Assembly (NCBI GenBank): GCA_004347965.1
Contig: QNVF01000013.1
Span: 1-32,026, forward strand
Length of the DNA: 32,026 bases
Origin: Candidatus Nezhaarchaeota archaeon WYZ-LMO8
GTDB lineage: Archaea > Thermoproteota > Methanomethylicia > Nezhaarchaeales > WYZ-LMO8
Direction of reading: 5' to 3'
Positions 8,070-16,815 of this stretch are shown here, in pieces (positions within the stretch are counted from its first letter, which is position 1; each line of letters opens with the position of its first letter). The notes under the pieces were generated by a model, which was given only the letters and a program-made list of their open reading frames with translations, was not told the DNA's origin and did not search any database. A program made the translations under genes and the position numbers.

Positions 8070-9923
8070 GTGTTTAAGTTGGAGCTAAGAGTTTTAAGGG
8101 TTAACTTAAGCAAAGGAATGCTTCGTGATGAGGTTTTACCAAAAGGGTTTGTGGAGAACTTTATTGGCGGTAAAGGCTTTGCTTGGCTTCTCGCTAAGGA
8201 GTTAAAGCCTAATGTTGATCCTCTAAGTCCAGAGAACAAGATAATATTTGCTTCAGGTCCTCTTACCGGATCGGGGGCTCCAGGTTTCTCAGGTAGACAC
8301 GTTGTTATAACGAAGTCCCCGCTAACTAACATTTTTCTTGATACTTATGCTGGCGGTTTCTGGGGAGCTAGACTAAGATTTGCTGGTTATGACGCTATAG
8401 TAATAGAGGGTAAGTCAGAAAAGCCTGTCTACTTATGGATTCACGATGGAGTAGCTGAAATTAAAGATGCTCAAGATATATGGGGTAAAACCGTAAGTGA
8501 AACAGATAGGCTTGTGAAAAAAGATGTGGGAGAAAAAGACACTAGCGTGGCATCTATAGGGATTGCAGGCGAAAACATGGTGAGGTTTGCGTGCATCGCA
8601 AATGATGGTGGCAGAGAAGCTGGTAGAGGTGGTGCTGGAGCAGTAATGGGCTCAAAGCTTCTTAAAGCGATAGCTGTTACTGGCAAGCCAAGCGATAAGG
8701 TATCGAGGGTTACGATAGCAAATAGAGAGAAGTTCGAGGAAGCATGTAATGAGCTACGTGATTTGCTAGCGAAGAACCCTCTTACAAGCATTCTGCTTCC
8801 GAGTCTTGGAACACCCGGTTTTGTCAACGTTGCTAATGCACTTGGTGGTTGGAGAGTTAGAAACGCTAGGGAAGGTGTATTTGAAAGAGCTGAGGAGATT
8901 AGTGGAGAAACTATGAAGGGAAAGATCTTTGTACGTAGCACCGCATGTTATGGTTGTCCAATAGGGTGCCGAAAAATTTCTCAAGTTAAAGAGGGACCAT
9001 ATGCTTGTACGGTTGAAGGACCTGAATTTGAGTCTATATGCTTGTTAGGAGCTAACTGTGGAATTGGCGACCTAGAACCTTTAGCGTATGCTGCGTATCT
9101 ATGTGATGAACTAGGAATGGATACCATATCAACAGGTGCAGTAATAGGCTTTGCCATGGAACTCTATGAGAGAGGAATTATTTCTAAAACTGAAACCGAA
9201 GGTTTAGAACTTAAGTTTGGAAATTACGGAGCTCTAATAGAAATGATTAGAAGAATAGCAGGGAAAAGGGGGTTTGGTTCTATACTAGCCGAGGGGGTTA
9301 AGAGAGCATCTCAGAAGATAGGTCGGGGCTCTGAGTACTATGCTGATCACATCAAGGGTCTTGAATTACCAGCTTGGGAGCCTAGGGCTTTCTGGGGTCA
9401 TGCTTTATCAATGTGTTTAAGCGATAGAGGAGCATGCCATACACACTCACCTGTACTAGACTTAGACATGTCAGGCAAGCTTGACAGATTCTCTATCGAA
9501 GGTAAGCCAGAAGCCGTTAAGCAAGGTGAAGAGTTTACTGCTGCCAAGGACACACTCATTCATTGCCTATTCGTATCTCAATTCGCACAGCTATCGGCGT
9601 CTTTCTGTGCAATGCTGGTCTCATCTGCTGTCGGAATAGAATTTAGCGAAAAAAGCTTCCTGCTTGTGGGAGAACGATTAATAAATTTAACCAGGATGTT
9701 CAACGTGCGTGAAGGAGTCACGAGAAGGGATGATTATCTTCCAAAGAGGTTAATGGAACAGGTACATACTATAGGGCCTACGAGCGGGAAGGTCTTAAGT
9801 GAGGAACTTCTCGACAAAATGTTGGATAGATATTACGAACTAAGAGGTTGGGATGTTAAGACCGGAGTGCCATTAAAAGATAAGCTTAGGGCTTTAGGAT
9901 TGCTGGAGTCTGATAATCTCTAA
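8070..9923 (+). CDS. aor: Tungsten-containing aldehyde:ferredoxin oxidoreductase family protein
   Basis: Motifs TKSPLT, AGRGGAGAVMGSKLLKAI, CYGCPIGC (Fe-S ligands), GPEFE, GMDTIS, DRGACH and YYELRGWD. 617 aa. Confidence 0.93.
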   Translation: MFKLELRVLRVNLSKGMLRDEVLPKGFVENFIGGKGFAWLLAKELKPNVDPLSPENKIIFASGPLTGSGAPGFSGRHVVITKSPLTNIFLDTYAGGFWGARLRFAGYDAIVIEGKSEKPVYLWIHDGVAEIKDAQDIWGKTVSETDRLVKKDVGEKDTSVASIGIAGENMVRFACIANDGGREAGRGGAGAVMGSKLLKAIAVTGKPSDKVSRVTIANREKFEEACNELRDLLAKNPLTSILLPSLGTPGFVNVANALGGWRVRNAREGVFERAEEISGETMKGKIFVRSTACYGCPIGCRKISQVKEGPYACTVEGPEFESICLLGANCGIGDLEPLAYAAYLCDELGMDTISTGAVIGFAMELYERGIISKTETEGLELKFGNYGALIEMIRRIAGKRGFGSILAEGVKRASQKIGRGSEYYADHIKGLELPAWEPRAFWGHALSMCLSDRGACHTHSPVLDLDMSGKLDRFSIEGKPEAVKQGEEFTAAKDTLIHCLFVSQFAQLSASFCAMLVSSAVGIEFSEKSFLLVGERLINLTRMFNVREGVTRRDDYLPKRLMEQVHTIGPTSGKVLSEELLDKMLDRYYELRGWDVKTGVPLKDKLRALGLLESDNL

Positions 9924-10250
9924 CGTTAGTAGCCAAAATCACTCAATTTTCTTTGAACATAAACAATTATTTTATAAGGATCTTGAGTCGATCTCTTAGT
10001 GTTATTTAGTCTTACCTCTTTTTGAAGGTGTTAAGGAAACTGCTTGTCGTAAGACATGACTATGAACGTCTACATTAGAGAGGATTTTTTCTACTTGCTG
10101 GGATACGTACAAATCATAAATCAAGGTTGGAGTCATTTTAGAGCATAAATGTCCTATAACATTACAGTATTTATTAGTTAGAAAGAAAAGAGAATTTAGG
10201 TTAGTTAATCATATAATGTCGAGTTAAGATGCGTGTTATAGATGCTTCAT

Positions 10251-11666
10251 CTAGATTCTTTTCTCAAGCTCTTTAACTAAGTCTCTGAAAATCTCATAAA
10301 CCTTATCCAACAAGTCTTTCGTTATCACAAGTGGCGGCATGAATCTAAAGACTTGCCCCCATCTACCACACATCAATGCAAGTACTCCTTTATCTCTCAT
10401 ACGTTGTGCTAACCACACCATATTCTCAAGAGACATAGGCTCTTTCGTTCTTTTATCTTTGACAATCTCTACTCCTATCATTAGCCCTAAGCCCCTGACT
10501 TCGCCAACGATTTTAGTCTCATCTTCAAGCTCCTTTAACATCTTCATGAAGTAACTTCCTAGCTTAGATGCTCTTTCATCTAACTTATACCTCTTCATTA
10601 ACTCTATGTTCTTTAAGGCTACAGCACATCCTAAGGCATTTCCAGCGAAGGTTACTGGTTGGGAGGCTTTCGGAAGCTTATCCATTATTTTTTTCAATCC
10701 AACGACTGCAGCTACAGGAAAATCTCCTCCTAAAGCTTTTCCTAGGTTTAGAAGGTCAGGCGTCACATCCCAATGTTCAACAGCGAACCACTTACCAGTT
10801 CTGCAGAAGCCGCTCTGAACCTCATCATCTATGAATACTACATCATTTTCTCTGCAAACTTTCCAAACCCACCTAACAAAGTCCCTTGGCGGTACCACAT
10901 AACCTCCTTCACCTTGAACTGGCTCCATTATCACGGCTGCTGGTTTATCTACAAGACCTGTACCTGGCTTTGTTATAAGATCTTCAACGTATCTAGCACA
11001 TTGCAGATCGCAATCCGGATATCCCTTTTGCTTAAAAGCGCATCTATAGCAGTAAGCATATGGAGCAAAGTGTATTCCCGGTACGAGTATTGGAAGCCCT
11101 CTTTTATATGCTGGGTTGGTCGTTAAGGCTAATACACCTGCTGTTATGCCATGATATCCTCCTTGGAAGGCTATTATCTCTGTTCTTCCCGTACACCACC
11201 TGGCAAACTTAAGACACATTTCAGCTGCGTCGCTACCACTCATTGCAAAAGCAACTCTGACGTTACCTTTCATCTCTCCAGGAGCAATCCTTGAAAGCTC
11301 TTCTATTAGCTCAACTCTTCTTGGACTTGGCATATCAGCTGTATGCATAAGCTTTTCTGCTTGACTTTTTATCACTTCAACTATCTCTGGATGGCTGTGA
11401 CCAACTGCATTCACAGCTATAGCTGCAGTCATGTCGATGAATATATTGCCATCGGGATCCATTATTGTCGCTCCACGTGCCTCTTGCCATACGAAAGGTA
11501 TTATGTATGGTGCTAAGAGCGTGACAGTCTCAAGTTCATAAACCTTCTTAAGGATTTCGCTAGCTTTAGGTCCCGGAACTGTTTCAGTTATTATCTTAGG
11601 AGCCTCAGGATACGATAATTTACGAATTTCCTCTTCGTAGGGGAATTCCATAAATTTTTCCCTCAT
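10251..11666 (-). CDS. Class III PLP-dependent aminotransferase (GabT-like, substrate unknown)
   Basis: Motifs DPDGNIFID, GHSHP, SGSDA, GYHG, EPVQGEGG, DEVQSGFCRTG, LGKALGG (PLP lysine), TFAGN and RFMPPL. Confidence 0.92.
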   Translation of the reverse strand: MREKFMEFPYEEEIRKLSYPEAPKIITETVPGPKASEILKKVYELETVTLLAPYIIPFVWQEARGATIMDPDGNIFIDMTAAIAVNAVGHSHPEIVEVIKSQAEKLMHTADMPSPRRVELIEELSRIAPGEMKGNVRVAFAMSGSDAAEMCLKFARWCTGRTEIIAFQGGYHGITAGVLALTTNPAYKRGLPILVPGIHFAPYAYCYRCAFKQKGYPDCDLQCARYVEDLITKPGTGLVDKPAAVIMEPVQGEGGYVVPPRDFVRWVWKVCRENDVVFIDDEVQSGFCRTGKWFAVEHWDVTPDLLNLGKALGGDFPVAAVVGLKKIMDKLPKASQPVTFAGNALGCAVALKNIELMKRYKLDERASKLGSYFMKMLKELEDETKIVGEVRGLGLMIGVEIVKDKRTKEPMSLENMVWLAQRMRDKGVLALMCGRWGQVFRFMPPLVITKDLLDKVYEIFRDLVKELEKRI

Positions 11667-11688
11667 TCCCTTTACTGCTGTGAAAATT

Positions 11689-11705
11689 TTTATAAAGCTT
11701 TCTCC
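11689..11705 (-). promoter_or_regulatory. BRE-TATA promoter of the aminotransferase gene (probably leaderless or short-leader mRNA)
   Basis: Minus strand reads GGAGAAAGC-TTTATAAA, ending about 23 nt upstream of the ATG at 11666. The same GGAGAAAG BRE precedes the permease TATA. Confidence 0.6.
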
Positions 11706-11831
11706 TTGTGTAGGGAAAATTTTTTTCTATGAAAATAGTGTTGTAACTTTGCAAAGAGATAGATTTAAGGGAAAGATTTTGTCTCAGAACCAATTGTGCT
11801 CTATTACAAGAGCTTACCTCCGGTGTTGTAG

Positions 11832-12341
11832 ATGAGCTCGGTTAAGGTTGATGACATGGATCTTAAGATATTAGAGTCCTTAAGGAGGAATGGTAGAGTC
11901 TCGTATAGGGAAGTAGCAGAGAAGTTGGGTGTAGGTGTTGCAACTGTTTATAAGAGGGTTAAGAGACTTGAAAAACTTGGCATAATAAGAGGATATACAG
12001 CAATAATAGATGAGTCTAAGCTAGGCAAAAATATTGTTGGTTACATAGGTCTTGAAGTAAGACCGGTGGATACGAATAAGGTATTAGAGGAACTACTAAA
12101 GATGGATGAGGTTGTTGAGATCGCAACCGTTACTGGGACTTTTGATGTGCTTATTAAGGTGAAAGTTAAAAGTCTAGATGAGCTGTGGAACTTCATTTAC
12201 GTCAAGACACCCAAGATTAAAGAAATACTTAAGACGACGACGATGATAGCCATAAACGTCGTAAAAGACGAGTTAGGTTGCTCAGGGTTTAATGCGATCG
12301 ACAACAAGCATGGTATAGGTTTTCGCGACACCAGTCATTGA
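11832..12341 (+). CDS. Lrp/AsnC family transcriptional regulator
   Basis: N-terminal HTH (DLKILESLRRNGRVSYREVAEKLGV...RVKRLEKLGII) and C-terminal RAM domain (VTGTFDVLIKV). Divergent from the aminotransferase. Confidence 0.93.
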   Translation: MSSVKVDDMDLKILESLRRNGRVSYREVAEKLGVGVATVYKRVKRLEKLGIIRGYTAIIDESKLGKNIVGYIGLEVRPVDTNKVLEELLKMDEVVEIATVTGTFDVLIKVKVKSLDELWNFIYVKTPKIKEILKTTTMIAINVVKDELGCSGFNAIDNKHGIGFRDTSH

Positions 12342-12554
12342 ACCTATAGCTCCTAGAATCTCGCTGAACTCTCTTATGGACCTAGCTTGAAGCTTTATGA
12401 GAAGGTCGTACTCCCCTGTTATGCCGTAAACCTCCTTAACCGAGCCAATCTTGATTATATTTTTGACTACCTGTGGATAGTGCTCTCTTGGATGAATGCT
12501 TATGCAAACGTAAGCTAGGACTTCTCGAGGAACTTTAATTCGACTCATAATCAC
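12282..12554 (-). CDS. Stand-alone Lrp/AsnC effector-binding (RAM) domain protein, no HTH
   Basis: Motifs LAYVCI, VKEVYGITGEYDLLIKL and GVAKTYTMLV. Follows the permease on the same strand. Start is the GTG at 12554 or the ATG at 12548. Confidence 0.85.
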   Translation of the reverse strand: MIMSRIKVPREVLAYVCISIHPREHYPQVVKNIIKIGSVKEVYGITGEYDLLIKLQARSIREFSEILGAIGSMTGVAKTYTMLVVDRIKP

Positions 12555-12582
12555 AAAAGTATAGAATTTAGGTAAAGAATTT

Positions 12583-13953
12583 TTAGCTTAAACTTTCCTT
12601 TCGTGCTCTTAGATAGTATATTAATAGGGCGACTAGGAATAATGCCACGGAGTACACTCCTCCATATATGAGAATGTTGATATTTCCGTAGGGTGGCGCT
12701 ACTGTGTATACTAGAATGAATAGTGTTGATATGACCCCTATGACAGCTAGTATGGGAACTTTAGAAGGCCCTCCCATTTTGAACGGTCTTGGATCTTGAG
12801 GTCTCTTTATTCTTAATGCTATGACGTTTATGAACATGAACAAGTAGATTATTAGGAATACGAAGCAACAGGACAACGCTAAGCTGAATGGAGCTTCCAA
12901 TCCTAAGAAAGTTACTGCTGATCCTATAACAAGGAGCATGAGAACATAGAGTATTATTAGTGAGCCCCATGGGGTCCTGAATCTTGGATGAAGCCAGCCA
13001 AATATCTTGGGTAAATACCCCTCTCTTGACATGCCATATAGTACTCTCGTAGCCCCTGCCATAACCGAATTTATTGTGGTCCCAGTAGCAAATAGGCTTA
13101 TAATAGCGAACCATACCCCCCCGATGGGTCCAAGCAAGTATTCTGCAGCACCCACATGATAAGGCTCACTAAGGAGAACTTCTCGTGGAACTGACGCAGC
13201 CCACGATAACCCCAAGAACTGTTCAACTGCAAAGAGCGTTATCATTGACGTTATCATGGCCAAAGGTATGGTCTTACTCGGATTTTTAACTTCCTCCGCT
13301 AGTGGCGCAGCAACTTCTACTCCTATAAAGAGCCATACTGCTGCAAGCATAAGTACAGCAATGCTTGGGAGGCCTGCAGGAGTTCCAGGGTAAAGTTCTG
13401 ATGCAGGTGGGAAGAGGAACGTCTCAGTTAGATAACTCCAGTCAGGTTTACCTAGCGTAAGACCTACTACGGCCATCGCTACATACGAGCAAACCATGAT
13501 TATTAGTAAAGCCAGCTGCGTATAGCCAGCTACAACTATTCCAAGCATGTTAGTTATCATGAATATTGTTAACACTAAGATGGCCCAACCCCACCATGGT
13601 ACTTGAGGAAAGAAATGCTCTAGTATTATACCTGCAAGAGTGGACTCTGCGGGAAAACCGAAGATGTCCTTAAATCCATACCATAGCCCAACACTTATCC
13701 CAGCAGCTCTTCCAAGAGCCTTAGTAGTGTAAAGCTCTAAGCTGCTTGCCCTTGGATAAGTTGTTGCCAGCTCGCTAAAGGCTAAGCACACTAATATGAT
13801 GAATAGTAAGGCTAGTATATGAGTTACCGTAAAGCCAGCGCCAAGGTCGCCAAAACCTAAGCTTAGAGTCATTAATGTCGTTGAACATGTGACTAATCCT
13901 AGACACATTGCCCACGTTGTCCAAAAGCCTAGGGCTCTTTTAAGCTCAGCCAC
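12583..13953 (-). CDS. APC family amino acid/amine permease
   Basis: About 12 hydrophobic segments. Motifs LKRALG, FSELATTYP, FIGVE..AEEVKNPSKTIP, RVLYGMSREGYLP and HPRFRTPW. Confidence 0.92.
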   Translation of the reverse strand: MAELKRALGFWTTWAMCLGLVTCSTTLMTLSLGFGDLGAGFTVTHILALLFIILVCLAFSELATTYPRASSLELYTTKALGRAAGISVGLWYGFKDIFGFPAESTLAGIILEHFFPQVPWWGWAILVLTIFMITNMLGIVVAGYTQLALLIIMVCSYVAMAVVGLTLGKPDWSYLTETFLFPPASELYPGTPAGLPSIAVLMLAAVWLFIGVEVAAPLAEEVKNPSKTIPLAMITSMITLFAVEQFLGLSWAASVPREVLLSEPYHVGAAEYLLGPIGGVWFAIISLFATGTTINSVMAGATRVLYGMSREGYLPKIFGWLHPRFRTPWGSLIILYVLMLLVIGSAVTFLGLEAPFSLALSCCFVFLIIYLFMFINVIALRIKRPQDPRPFKMGGPSKVPILAVIGVISTLFILVYTVAPPYGNINILIYGGVYSVALFLVALLIYYLRARKESLS

Positions 13954-14006
13954 GATATTCCCTCTCTAAGCGAGTTTTTACTGAATAATTTTACCTTTGA
14001 AAAATT

Positions 14007-14022
14007 ATTTATAACTTTCTCC
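14007..14022 (-). promoter_or_regulatory. BRE-TATA promoter of the permease operon
   Basis: Minus strand reads GGAGAAAG-TTATAAAT, about 55 nt upstream of the GTG start, which has its own GAGGGA RBS. Confidence 0.55.
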
Positions 14023-14112
14023 TAAAAATTTAGTGATAATTTATCCTACTGACAAGTAGTTGAGAAAAAATTTTTATGCTATATTAATGAGGCTAATATC
14101 GTGGTGGTTTAG

Positions 14113-15117
14113 ATGCACGAAACCTTAATACTAACTGATGAAGAGGTTAGAAAGCTTCTATCAATGCCAGAGGTACTTAATGTTGTTGAAGAAGCTTTTA
14201 GAGAAAAGGCACTTAATAGAGTGCAGATGCCCCCTAAGATTTATCTTTTCTATAAGAAGTATGATGGTGACCTGAGGGTAATGCCATCATATCTTGAAGA
14301 GCTTGATATATCAGCTGTTAAGATCGTGAATGTTCATCCCCAAAATAGGCAAAGGTTTGAATTACCAACGGTCATGGCTATTGTCGTTCTTGTAGATCCC
14401 AAGACGGGTTTTCCATTGTCAATAATGGGTGGCAGCTGGCTTACAGCTATGAGGACTGGTGCTGCTGGTGGTATAGCTGCTAAGTATCTTGCTCGCGAAG
14501 ACTCTGAGGTCATATGTTTTATTGGTGCAGGAACACAAGCTAAGACTCAGCTAATGGCTTTGAGTAATGTCTTAAGAAACATCAAGAGAATTCAAGTTTA
14601 TGACTTAGTAAAAGAAGCTTCTAAAAGCTTTGTTGAATACGCCTTAACAGTATTAAAAGATATCAAGGTGAAAGTTTGTGAATCTCCACGAGATGCCGTA
14701 AGTAGTGCAGACGTAATTGTAACGGCTACTCCATCGAGACAACCAATTGTGATGTCTGAGTGGGTTAGTAATGGAGCTCACTTTAATTGTATAGGTGCTG
14801 ATGCCCCGGGTAAGCAAGAGATTGACCCAAAAATCCTGTTGAGGTCAAAGATAGTAGTTGATGACATGGAACAAGCTCTTCATAGTGGTGAGGTTAATGT
14901 TCCTATAGCTAAGGGTATGCTTAAAAAAGAGCAGATTTATGGAGAGTTAGGGGAGATCGTTGCCGGCATTAAGAGAGGTAGAGAATCGAGAGATGAAATA
15001 ACGGTTTTTGTGTCTACAGGATTATCAATACAAGATGCTGTCGCCGCTAAATTAGCTTATGACAAAGCCTTGTCAAGAGGCTTCGGAGTTAGGTTAAAAA
15101 TTGTCATTGCTTCTTAG
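14113..15117 (+). CDS. ala: Archaeal alanine dehydrogenase (ornithine cyclodeaminase/mu-crystallin family)
   Basis: Motifs MPPKIYL, DLRVMP, KIVNVHP, RTGAAGGIAAKYLAR, IGAGTQA, IGADAPGKQE and STGLSIQD resemble the Archaeoglobus-type AlaDH. Confidence 0.8.
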   Translation: MHETLILTDEEVRKLLSMPEVLNVVEEAFREKALNRVQMPPKIYLFYKKYDGDLRVMPSYLEELDISAVKIVNVHPQNRQRFELPTVMAIVVLVDPKTGFPLSIMGGSWLTAMRTGAAGGIAAKYLAREDSEVICFIGAGTQAKTQLMALSNVLRNIKRIQVYDLVKEASKSFVEYALTVLKDIKVKVCESPRDAVSSADVIVTATPSRQPIVMSEWVSNGAHFNCIGADAPGKQEIDPKILLRSKIVVDDMEQALHSGEVNVPIAKGMLKKEQIYGELGEIVAGIKRGRESRDEITVFVSTGLSIQDAVAAKLAYDKALSRGFGVRLKIVIAS

Positions 15118-15166
15118 TAACTTTCACGTCACATTCCACCCGCTGTCATGATTTATGAGGTGATGT

Positions 15167-15871
15167 CTACAAAATTCTTGCATCGTAAGCCCTTACGAGT
15201 CCTCTCACTAAATCTCTGAGAGCCTCCTCTTGGTCCTTTGCCCTTACAACTCCTGATGCCACTAAGACTCCTTGAGTTCCAAGCTTTATTGCAGCCTCCA
15301 CATCGTCGCTACTTGTTATTCCAGCTCCACATATCACCACAACACTTGGGTTCACGCTCTTAATAAGTCTTATAGTGTTAGTTATCACTTCGGGCTTAGT
15401 TTTCGAAACCGCTTTTCCAGTCCCTATAAGCTCCGGTGGCTCTATCGCTATGAAGTCAGGTCTAAGGGCTGAAAGTGAGGCAGCAACTTCTGGGGTATTT
15501 GCACACGCTACCACCTCAAGACCTATGCTGGCAGCCCTCTTAATTACTTCATCTACCTCATCAATTCGAAGCCTCTTCTCTGAATGATTAATCAAAGTCC
15601 CTACAGCTCCAGCTTCCTTAACAGCTTCCATTGATATGCTCCCGGTGTAAGCACCAGGAGGATAGGGATCAACGTGTTGAGCTAGAACTGGGATAGAGAC
15701 CATAGAGACAATTTTAGCTATGTCTACAGCTTGGGGGGCCACAGCTATATTCACCCCAAATTCATTAGCTATTCTCTCGCTCTTCTTCGCAAGTTCTAAA
15801 GCTCTCTGACCAGTTGCTTCGAGATACGTCTTGAAGTTTACGATAATTAATGGTGTTTTAAGCTTCTTCAT
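15167..15871 (-). CDS. tpiA: Triosephosphate isomerase (archaeal type)
   Basis: Motifs NFKTY, AQHVD, INHSE, IEPPELIGTG, GAGI and VLVASG. Likely start is the ATG at 15871; the ORF track extends to 15895. Confidence 0.96.
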   Translation of the reverse strand: MKKLKTPLIIVNFKTYLEATGQRALELAKKSERIANEFGVNIAVAPQAVDIAKIVSMVSIPVLAQHVDPYPPGAYTGSISMEAVKEAGAVGTLINHSEKRLRIDEVDEVIKRAASIGLEVVACANTPEVAASLSALRPDFIAIEPPELIGTGKAVSKTKPEVITNTIRLIKSVNPSVVVICGAGITSSDDVEAAIKLGTQGVLVASGVVRAKDQEEALRDLVRGLVRAYDARIL

Positions 15872-16030
15872 ACCAATATCATGACTCAAGTGCACTTAAA
15901 AATATTGTTATTTGTAATTTCCTTTGAAGTGGGGGTGTTTATGGGCTCTATATACTTCTTAGAGCAGAGAGTCTAAACGCATTTCGATTTATGAACTTTC
16001 ACGGACTTTCAAGTGTTGATAAAGGTTAAA

Positions 16031-16405
16031 TTAAGCTTGCATCTTCCTAACTCTTTCAAATATCTCAAGCCAGGTCAATACGCAACGCCCAATTTCGTAA
16101 AGCCTATCAAGATCACTTTCAAACTTAGCCATATTGGTGAGCTCCATTATTTTCTGGCTTGCCGTTGATGTAAGCTCACTTATAGCTTGAATTTGAGTAA
16201 TCTTGGTTATGTCCTCTCCCTCTTTCACGAAAATAACTCTCTTCTCACATCCAGGGCAAAATATCTCTCCACTCTTCAGTTTAAAGAGAGGAGAGTTGCA
16301 TATCGGACAGACATCAGCTAGCATGGTAGCACCGCTTCTTAGCAGATCAACCATTCGCTTCATCCTAATAGCTTCATCCTTCTCTCTACTCACGAAAATT
16401 CTCAC
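16031..16405 (-). CDS. UPF0148 / SSSCA1-like zinc-ribbon protein
   Basis: LLRSGATMLADVCPICNSPLF...IFCPGC. Adjacent to UPF0147, as is common in archaea. Confidence 0.85.
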   Translation of the reverse strand: MRIFVSREKDEAIRMKRMVDLLRSGATMLADVCPICNSPLFKLKSGEIFCPGCEKRVIFVKEGEDITKITQIQAISELTSTASQKIMELTNMAKFESDLDRLYEIGRCVLTWLEIFERVRKMQA

Positions 16406-16413
16406 CGATCCTC

Positions 16414-16683
16414 TTAATCCTTAATCTGTTCTAAGATGCTTACTGCTTGCCATATAGCTGTTCTAGCGAAGAGAGGCATGTTAGGATCCTGACTACATTC
16501 ATCAAGTATGCTTATAGCGTTTGAAGCTCTAACACCAGGAGTATATTTCTTAGTCTTCAATATCTTTATTGATTCGCTACAAGCTCTTCTAATGTTCCTA
16601 GGAACTCCAAGATCATCGGCAATCCTCTGTAAAACCATAATTGCCTGCTGGATTTTTTGCTCAGCATCGCTCTCACCAGACAT
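16414..16683 (-). CDS. UPF0147 family protein
   Basis: Motifs D..VPRNIRR, VRASNAISILDE and DPNMPLFARTAIWQ. Confidence 0.92.
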   Translation of the reverse strand: MSGESDAEQKIQQAIMVLQRIADDLGVPRNIRRACSESIKILKTKKYTPGVRASNAISILDECSQDPNMPLFARTAIWQAVSILEQIKD

Positions 16684-16815
16684 AAATCAACACCCTCATA
16701 AAGTTAAGGAGGGTTGTCAGAACAAAACCTAGTAAGAAAGGCTTAAACCCCTTCTTAAAAATCTTTCATATAAAGCTCTAAGTCAAAAACAAGTGTTGTC
16801 AGCAGGGGTTCTAGA

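Noticed and set aside
10251..11666. Broad-specificity amino acid racemase (class III fold, known next to permease and Lrp genes in Thermococcales)
   Set aside because: As I recall, those racemases have Asp in the EPIQGD motif. This protein has EPVQGEGG plus the C-terminal Arg typical of transaminases. Not fully excluded without an assay.
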